64,000 nt of DNA from an uncultured bacterium (GTDB lineage: Bacteria > Patescibacteriota > Andersenbacteria > UBA10190 > CAIZMI01): contig CAIZMI010000021.1 of assembly GCA_903934015.1 (NCBI GenBank), forward strand, positions 10,868 through 74,867, in the 5' to 3' direction. Position 1 is the first letter of the stretch, and every line of letters begins with the position of its first letter. The notes beneath the pieces are model-generated. The model was given only the letters and a program-made list of their open reading frames with translations. It made no database searches and had not been told where the DNA came from. The position numbers were made by a program, and so were the translations under genes. This document shows positions 58,049 to 64,000 of the stretch, in pieces.

Positions 58049-59203
58049 TTATTTCTTTTTTTCGATCAACGATTGGTATAACTCTGTCATCTTCCGAACC
58101 ATTTTTTCTTCTGAAAATTCATTGGCGCGGGGAATGGATTTTTCAGCTAATGAGTCACGTAGTTTGGGAGATTCAATTATTGAAAGTAGTTTTGTGGCAA
58201 AATCATTAACGGTAGGTTTAGTAATTAATCCATTGATGCCATTAGTAACAATATCGCGGTTACCAGGGGCGTCTACTACCACAGCAGGAAGGCCGGTTGC
58301 TAAAGCTTCAAGTGTTACAAGTCCCTGAGTTTCACTTAAAGACGGGTAGGCAAAGATGTCCGCGCCGATAAGGAAGTCGGGGACTTCTTCGTGTGGAAAG
58401 CTTCCTGAAAAAATTATTTTTTCTTTCAACCCAAGTTTTGTGGCTAATCTTTTTAGACTGCCGGTTGCTGGACCATCGCCACCCAAAATTAATCGAAGCG
58501 ATTTTTTTGTTTTTTCTTGTATTAGGGCAAATGCCTTGAGTAGTAATTCAAAATTTTTCTCTTTGGATAAACGGGCAAATGAAATAATCACGGTTTCTGT
58601 TTCTTTGATGCCCCATTTTTTGCGAGTGGCGTTTCTAACTTCAGAGTTACGAACAAAGAATTGCGGATTAATGCCTGTTGGAATTACTGTCACGGGTGTT
58701 TTAATTTTTCTTTGATAAAGAATTTTTTCGACTGATTCGGATGGGGCCACAACGGCGGAAACCTTATTGGCAAAACGCATGACGCGCTTGACGACAATTT
58801 TTTGTAGTAAGCTCTTTGGGAGGAATGACGCGTAATGAACATATTGTTCATACATTGCGTGGTGGGTAAAAACAAATGGAATATGATTTTTGCGCGCAAC
58901 TTTTAAAGCTGTTTTACCCAAAAGAAATGGTTGATGAGTATGGATTATGTCTGGTTTAAATTCGGCGACAACTTTTGCGATAAAACTTTTTCCGGGATAG
59001 GGGAGTGGAATAAGTGGTGGACGAAAAGGATAAGACGGGACGCGATAAATTTTAGGATTTGTTTCGGTGAATCCAGGGAAAGCAGGAACAATTAAACGTA
59101 CTTCGTGTCCTAGTTTTTCTAAATTACGAATAGTGCGGGTAATGGATGTGGCCACGCCACTGACGTGGGGTAAGTAGTGATTAGAGAGCATTAAAATCTT
59201 CAT
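58049..59203 (-). CDS. glycosyltransferase family 4 (GT-B fold)
   Basis: An N-terminal Glyco_trans_4-like domain (MKILMLSNHYLPHVSGVA) and a C-terminal GT1 motif (GLVTLEALATGLPAVVVDAPGNRDIV) are present. Confidence 0.85.
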   Translation of the reverse strand: MKILMLSNHYLPHVSGVATSITRTIRNLEKLGHEVRLIVPAFPGFTETNPKIYRVPSYPFRPPLIPLPYPGKSFIAKVVAEFKPDIIHTHQPFLLGKTALKVARKNHIPFVFTHHAMYEQYVHYASFLPKSLLQKIVVKRVMRFANKVSAVVAPSESVEKILYQRKIKTPVTVIPTGINPQFFVRNSEVRNATRKKWGIKETETVIISFARLSKEKNFELLLKAFALIQEKTKKSLRLILGGDGPATGSLKRLATKLGLKEKIIFSGSFPHEEVPDFLIGADIFAYPSLSETQGLVTLEALATGLPAVVVDAPGNRDIVTNGINGLITKPTVNDFATKLLSIIESPKLRDSLAEKSIPRANEFSEEKMVRKMTELYQSLIEKKK

Positions 59204-59970
59204 TTTTTTATTTGATGATCCGTAATGAATTTATTGATCCGTTCAAATACTTCTTCTTTTCCATGATCGATAAGGACAACATGATAGCGATTTTCTACCC
59301 ACATCACTTCAAAATCATCGGTGTTGATGGAGTCGCGCAGTACATTGATGGTCTCATCATCAACGGCGTGGTCGGTTGTGGATTGAACAGCTAAAACAGG
59401 GCACTTGATTGTTGGGAGAGCAGTGCGCGATAGTTCAATCACTTTTAAAACCTGAGGGGCTGATATTAGTGGAATGCTTTTATAATTTGGTCGTACTTTG
59501 CGAATTTCAGGGTCGAGTGATTTTTGGTACCATTTTCGTTGGTAATTTATTCCAAGGGCACGATAGGCATAGTAGAGTGCTTTGTAGGATTTTTCATGTT
59601 TGAATTTGAGTGGTACGCCAATAAAGATAATTCCGGCAAAATTTAATTCTTGTGCCAATGTCGCGAGAAAATTTCCACCAAGAGAGATGCCAAGGGCATA
59701 AACAATAGGGTAGTCTTTAATTAATTCATAATAAGCTGTCCTGACGGAATTTAACCAGTCGTCGAGATTTGTCTTGGCCAGGTCTCTTGGAGAAGTGCCG
59801 TGGCCCGCTACAAGTACGCCTCTGGTGGCGATACCGTGTGTCGTTAAGTATTCTCCGCAAGCGCGAACATCATAGGTGGTGCTGGTAAAGCCGTGTACCA
59901 AAAGACAAGCAACCTTACCGTCGGTTTTGTAGTAGAATGGTTCCGCGCCGGGGATGAGTTGTTTGGACAT
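59200..59970 (-). CDS. alpha/beta-hydrolase fold esterase/lipase
   Basis: The nucleophile elbow GISLGG, an upstream HGF-type oxyanion region (LLVHGFTST) and a C-terminal His are present. It is translationally coupled to the GT4 gene. Confidence 0.75.
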   Translation of the reverse strand: MSKQLIPGAEPFYYKTDGKVACLLVHGFTSTTYDVRACGEYLTTHGIATRGVLVAGHGTSPRDLAKTNLDDWLNSVRTAYYELIKDYPIVYALGISLGGNFLATLAQELNFAGIIFIGVPLKFKHEKSYKALYYAYRALGINYQRKWYQKSLDPEIRKVRPNYKSIPLISAPQVLKVIELSRTALPTIKCPVLAVQSTTDHAVDDETINVLRDSINTDDFEVMWVENRYHVVLIDHGKEEVFERINKFITDHQIKK

Positions 59971-60057
59971 TGGTTGAATTGATTATAAGGCCAAATTTTA
60001 GATAGTAGAAGTCTAATTCATTCCACAATCATATCTTTCTTGTGATAAGCTTTTAGT

Positions 60058-60606
60058 GTGTTTGATCTCCTAATTTCCAGCTTATATTTGTTTCTGCCTG
60101 CTTATATCGCCAATATGGCGCCCGTGGTGGCGACAAAAGTGAATATTTTTCCACGGTTGAATGTTCCAATAGACGGGAGTAATAAAGATACGATGCGCCC
60201 ACTTTTCGGTGTCAATAAAACCTATCGAGGTTTTGTGACGGGTATTTTGGCAGGAGTCGGTGTCGCTTTTTTGCAGTTACTGGTGCGAAGAAACGGGGCG
60301 GGGAGATTATTTACCGAATTTCCGTATACGTATGAAAATTTTTTGCTTTGGGGTTTAGTTTTGGGTGCGGGAGCGTTGATTGGTGATTTGGTAAAAAGTT
60401 ATTTTAAGAGACGTCTAAACATTCCTTCTGGCCACAGATGGTTGCCGTGGGATCAGCTAGATATGGTTTTGGGCGGGTTACTGTTTGGTTCGTTGATGTA
60501 TCGTTTTTCGTGGCAACAAGTTGTTGTGTTGTTGGTTGTGTCGCCACTTTTGATTTTGATTGTTAATTTGGTTAGTTATTGGCTGAAGATTAAGAAGGAG
60601 TGGTAA
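60058..60606 (+). CDS. CarS-like (CDP-archaeol synthase / DUF46, CTP-transferase-1 superfamily) membrane protein
   Basis: It has five or six TM helices and the motifs GVNKTYRGFVTG and GDLVKSYFKRRLNI, which resemble the archaeal CarS signature. Confidence 0.5.
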   Translation: MFDLLISSLYLFLPAYIANMAPVVATKVNIFPRLNVPIDGSNKDTMRPLFGVNKTYRGFVTGILAGVGVAFLQLLVRRNGAGRLFTEFPYTYENFLLWGLVLGAGALIGDLVKSYFKRRLNIPSGHRWLPWDQLDMVLGGLLFGSLMYRFSWQQVVVLLVVSPLLILIVNLVSYWLKIKKEW

Positions 60607-60667
60607 CTCTGTAAGGGTAGAGGACGCAGGGTACAGGCGGTCAGGGCTCGCGGATAATCGCACAGCT

Positions 60668-60705
60668 TCCTCCCTTTATCCAAAGGGGGGCGGGGAGGGA
60701 TTTGG
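60668..60705 (+). repeat. repeat family C short copy (cctccctttatccaaaggggggcggggagggattt)
   Basis: It matches the core of 7240..7335 (tcctccctttattcaaagg...ggcggggagggatttcg). Confidence 0.55.
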
Positions 60706-60852
60706 TTTTGTATGTGGTATTTGAAATTATTGACAATAATTATTTTTGAAGTCTCGTTTGTTTATAATCTGTTTCTTCAACTTAGGGGCGATTCATGAAT
60801 CGCCCCTACAGCGCATGATCGCTTCTAGAATAAAAAAAGAAGTGAGGAATAC

Positions 60853-61221
60853 TCACTTCGGGGATTCGTCGGTCGTGGTGTCCGTGGCGTAGTCGGGTTT
60901 GTGTTTTTCAATGTACTCGATGACTCGCATCAGCAATTCCGTCGCCGTCGGTTCTCGTGACATCACTGGAAAGTCCATGTGGCTCAAAAGGTGCGCCGTG
61001 ACATCCTTGATTTCGGGTACTCCCGCGCATTCGTTGCGCGCAAGAACAATAAGGATGCCGCGTAGTGCTCTCTTCCCGCCGATCGTGATCAATTGTTGCA
61101 ATGCTGTAAAGAGTACGGTTTCGATTGGGTCATTCTCGGATACAACGGCAAAATTAATAAAATTGAATACCATTGGAATCTTCCCCTTAACAGAACAAGA
61201 AACAACACTCGAACAAAACAA
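60853..61221 (-). CDS. hypothetical protein
   Basis: The ORF has a plausible internal start (MVFNFINF...) and no recognisable family. Confidence 0.35.
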   Translation of the reverse strand: MFCSSVVSCSVKGKIPMVFNFINFAVVSENDPIETVLFTALQQLITIGGKRALRGILIVLARNECAGVPEIKDVTAHLLSHMDFPVMSREPTATELLMRVIEYIEKHKPDYATDTTTDESPK

Positions 61222-61400
61222 ACGCCAGATTTTTATAATGTATTATATTTTTTCTGTCAACTTTGACAAAAAGTCGCATTTGAATTAAGATATAGGTAGT
61301 AATTGTTCCTTAGACAGGTGAAAAAAGTTCTAGCTCGCGGATTTTGGTGTCTCTTGCACGGTGCATGAGAACTCCAGAAGGATCCTTTGGAGAAAAAAAC

Positions 61401-61604
61401 ATGGACCCGCGCGCTTTAGAACCGCTTCTGCAGTTCATTCTGCCCATTGCCCTCACACTCGTGGCACTCAATGTGGGTGCAAACATGATTGGTTTTGGAA
61501 AGAAATGGATCAAGAAGCTCACGACGAAGGTTGTGCAAGGATTGGTGGCGGTGAGCATTTTTTGGCTCGCCATCCTGATCCTCGCCGAAGCCGTTCGTCG
61601 CTAG
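61401..61604 (+). CDS. small membrane protein (two TM helices)
   Basis: An ATG at 61401 inside the 61344 ORF gives a 67-aa product with two hydrophobic helices. A terminator follows at about 61746. Confidence 0.4.
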   Translation: MDPRALEPLLQFILPIALTLVALNVGANMIGFGKKWIKKLTTKVVQGLVAVSIFWLAILILAEAVRR

Positions 61605-61745
61605 TTTTTCCCTGCCACCCATAGTCTTGGCGAAGGATGGGCCTTTCGCTCTTTCATCCTTGAGTCCTCTTTGTGTCACCGGTACCTCGCATGCGAAGTG
61701 CCCAGGAGCCTTTGGACTCAAGGATCGACATGTAAACAGACATGT

Positions 61746-61769
61746 AAAAACACCCACGGGTGTTTTTTT
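61746..61769 (+). terminator. rho-independent terminator
   Basis: The hairpin aaaacaccc-acg-ggtgttttttt is followed by a T-run. Confidence 0.7.
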
Positions 61770-61828
61770 CTTGCTTTCGATAATGTCTGAACCTTGTTTT
61801 TACGCGCATTTTGCGTTAGCTTTTCTGT

Positions 61829-62908
61829 ATGTCAAATAATACTGAATCAGAGGACGAAATCTACAAAAAATATTCGTTGATGTCTCGACCTGATATTTTA
61901 GAAGCGGTAAAAAGAGGGGATATTTATTACGAAGACGGCAAAGAAAGTAATATAAAGTCTTCCAGTGTCGACCTGACACTTGGTCCCTGGTATTGGGAAG
62001 AAACATCGCCAACAATTGAAAGACGTATTTTTAATCCGAATTCGGCTGAAGATGTAAACCGTGTTTGGGGTAGGCTTTGTTTTGCGCCACGGCACAGTTG
62101 GTGGTTACACAATCGCTATATTGAAAATACGCTGGAAGGTTTTCACCCGGAAGATCGGATCTATTTTATTGCTCCACAAAAGCAACTGCTTACCAGTACG
62201 CGTGAATTCATTGGCGGGACAACGCGTGATATTACAACCATGATGAAAGCCCGTTCCGGGGCAGGGCGCAGTTTTTTGGAAGTGTGTCGATGCGCAGGGT
62301 GGGGCGATATTGGGTATCACAATCGTTGGACAATGGAATTTAATAATTCTTCCGATACGCACTATATTCCGTTGAAAGTGGGACAGCGTTATGCGCAACT
62401 TGTTTTTTTCCGCGGGCGTGAATTGGGACAAAACGATACTGATTATCGTCAAGATGGAAAATATCAGGCAAATGTGGCACAAGGTGTGCGATCGCAGTGG
62501 ACGCCGGAAATGATGCGTCCCGCCATGTTTAGGGATCCGGAAATTATGTGTAAAGATTGCGTACAGAAAGTTTATTACCGTTGTGAAAATCCGGCTTGCG
62601 CGAAAGATGGCGCGGATGTCATTGATAATGTTCCAAAACAGTGTGCCGATTGCGGTACTCGCTTGAGAATATATGAAACACCGCCGGTAATCGAAAAGGT
62701 TTGGCCTCTTTACGATGTCTGTGTCGATTGTGGCTGTATTCATGGCGTTACTCAGAAATCTACTAGAATAGAGAGTCGTAATTATCGGCTACAGCAAGAA
62801 GTTGAACGAGCTAAACCGTTGCTTTGTGATAAGTGCAAAATCGGTTTTCGGCATTTTATCGGTGGTGATTACGAAGTTTGGTTGCCCGATGCTTCTTGTT
62901 TGCAATAA
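61829..62908 (+). CDS. dCTP deaminase/dUTPase-fold protein with a C-terminal Cys-rich (4x CxxC) zinc-ribbon extension
   Basis: The N-terminal 210 aa align with the Dcd family (ILEAVKRGDIYYE...SSSVDLTLG; AGWGDIGYHNRWTMEFNNSSDTHYIPLKVGQRYAQLVFF). The C-terminal 140 aa contain CKDC...C..C, CADC, CVDCGC and CDKC motifs. Confidence 0.65.
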   Translation: MSNNTESEDEIYKKYSLMSRPDILEAVKRGDIYYEDGKESNIKSSSVDLTLGPWYWEETSPTIERRIFNPNSAEDVNRVWGRLCFAPRHSWWLHNRYIENTLEGFHPEDRIYFIAPQKQLLTSTREFIGGTTRDITTMMKARSGAGRSFLEVCRCAGWGDIGYHNRWTMEFNNSSDTHYIPLKVGQRYAQLVFFRGRELGQNDTDYRQDGKYQANVAQGVRSQWTPEMMRPAMFRDPEIMCKDCVQKVYYRCENPACAKDGADVIDNVPKQCADCGTRLRIYETPPVIEKVWPLYDVCVDCGCIHGVTQKSTRIESRNYRLQQEVERAKPLLCDKCKIGFRHFIGGDYEVWLPDASCLQ

Positions 62909-62932
62909 TTACTTTTAGATCACTACAATAAA

Positions 62933-64000
62933 ATGATTCGCTCAGAAATTCAAAATTTACTCGCTTTCTTTGTTGAAAAGGAAGCTCCGAAAAGATCAAC
63001 CGGTAGTGAAGATGCGATAGAGATATATTCGGCTACTCAGCAGGTTGATTCCGCTTATGAAAGATTTCGTAATTTATTGGATCCCGGTGATGAGGACGTG
63101 TTGAGGAGAAAGGCGATCGGTCGTTTTATAAATTTACGTTGGGAACTATCATCTGATCCGGAAAAGTTTGCGCTTGCCTTGTTGAAAGATTTGGCGCGCG
63201 GTCATTATATTCCGGTAAACACATCTCGAATTTTGGGAACTAGCATCGCTGTGGTTCTTAAGCGGGCTGTTTGCTTTATAAAACACAATAATCAAAACGT
63301 ACCGAAATGGTTTTTACCAATGGTGGCGGTAGAAGTGGATCGAATAATTTATCCACGCGAAGGGGATGATGCGTTAGTATATTTTTTCTTTGAAGAGGTT
63401 GAAAAGAAGACAATTTGGAAAGATGACACTATTGATGTTGAGGATAAAAATACACAATTGTTTCTTGCTTGTCACCGTGTTTTGGCAAAAACAGATGAAG
63501 CAGAGTTGTTTTGGCACTTATATCGAACCGCAGAACCATCTTGGCAGGAAGAAGAATTGAACGATGATAAAATGAATTTGGTGGTTAAAAACTTTGCTCA
63601 TCTGCAACAAGAAATAGAAACCGCCTTGTATTCACCGATGTCGGTTCGTGTTTTGCGTCGGTTGCATTCGCCAGCGGTGCCATATCGCATTTTGCGTGAT
63701 GTTTTGCGACAACCCAACGCGACTGTAATTCTCGCTAATAATGAGTTGTTGGCAACGAGTGTACGTGATTTATTAATGCGCAGAATCAAGAAGACTGAAA
63801 AGCAAATGTTGAAACGCGTGTGGCATGCCGCCGCCTTTCTTTTTCTTACCAAAAGCGTATTAGCTATTGCTACGGAAATACCATATGAAATATTTCTCGG
63901 AGGAGTACGATATTTTCCGCTAATGATTAATTTATTATTTCCATCAACCTTACTTTTCCTAATGGCTGGGACAGTTGTCAGACCGGGGAATGATAATACA
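62933..64000 (+). CDS. hypothetical protein, 3'-truncated by the window edge, with C-terminal TM helices
   Basis: The frame stays open from the ATG at 62933 to the end of the window (355 codons read manually without a stop). It has hydrophobic segments near the end and is absent from the ORF track because no stop falls inside the window. Confidence 0.5.
   Translation, partial: MIRSEIQNLLAFFVEKEAPKRSTGSEDAIEIYSATQQVDSAYERFRNLLDPGDEDVLRRKAIGRFINLRWELSSDPEKFALALLKDLARGHYIPVNTSRILGTSIAVVLKRAVCFIKHNNQNVPKWFLPMVAVEVDRIIYPREGDDALVYFFFEEVEKKTIWKDDTIDVEDKNTQLFLACHRVLAKTDEAELFWHLYRTAEPSWQEEELNDDKMNLVVKNFAHLQQEIETALYSPMSVRVLRRLHSPAVPYRILRDVLRQPNATVILANNELLATSVRDLLMRRIKKTEKQMLKRVWHAAAFLFLTKSVLAIATEIPYEIFLGGVRYFPLMINLLFPSTLLFLMAGTVVRPGNDNT

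Overview
This window reads as a low-GC (about 40%) bacterial segment with Patescibacteria/CPR-like gene content; the taxonomic assignment is an inference, not a search result. It contains:
- Housekeeping genes: gyrA, clpC with an N-terminal zinc ribbon, rpsO-pnp, lspA, a DksA/TraR-family protein, recG and comM.
- A tandem array of seven small VirB2/TrbC-like pilin paralogs plus a larger relative with the same C-terminal domain. A DUF559 endonuclease gene flanked by 115-bp palindromic direct repeats is inserted in the array.
- A complete-looking chemotaxis operon: MCP, CheW, three or four CheC/CheX-like phosphatases, three REC proteins, CheB, CheA and CheD, with no CheR in the window.
- A type I restriction-modification locus (half hsdS, hsdM, hsdS, a DinD/Bro-N-like gene, hsdR, a DUF45 peptidase) preceded by a histidine kinase and a response regulator.
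- Three tRNAs (Leu-TAG, Arg-TCT, Arg-TCG), each followed in its own transcriptional direction by a hairpin-rich 300-440 bp element that carries partial direct and inverted copies of that tRNA's 3' end. Two of these elements are homologous, with compensatory stem changes.
- GC-rich islands (about 60-66% GC) at roughly 10.5-16.7 kb and 40.7-43.2 kb, bounded by copies of a two-hairpin repeat family. The first island holds an SPFH/NfeD-like pair and paralogous tyrosine-rich secreted repeat proteins. These islands are either horizontally acquired DNA or assembly chimeras.
- A dCTP-deaminase-like protein with a C-terminal extension of four CxxC motifs, a CarS (CDP-archaeol synthase)-like membrane protein, and a 1.8-kb ORF-free structured AT-rich region.
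All calls come from reading the translations and the DNA directly; no database search was run.
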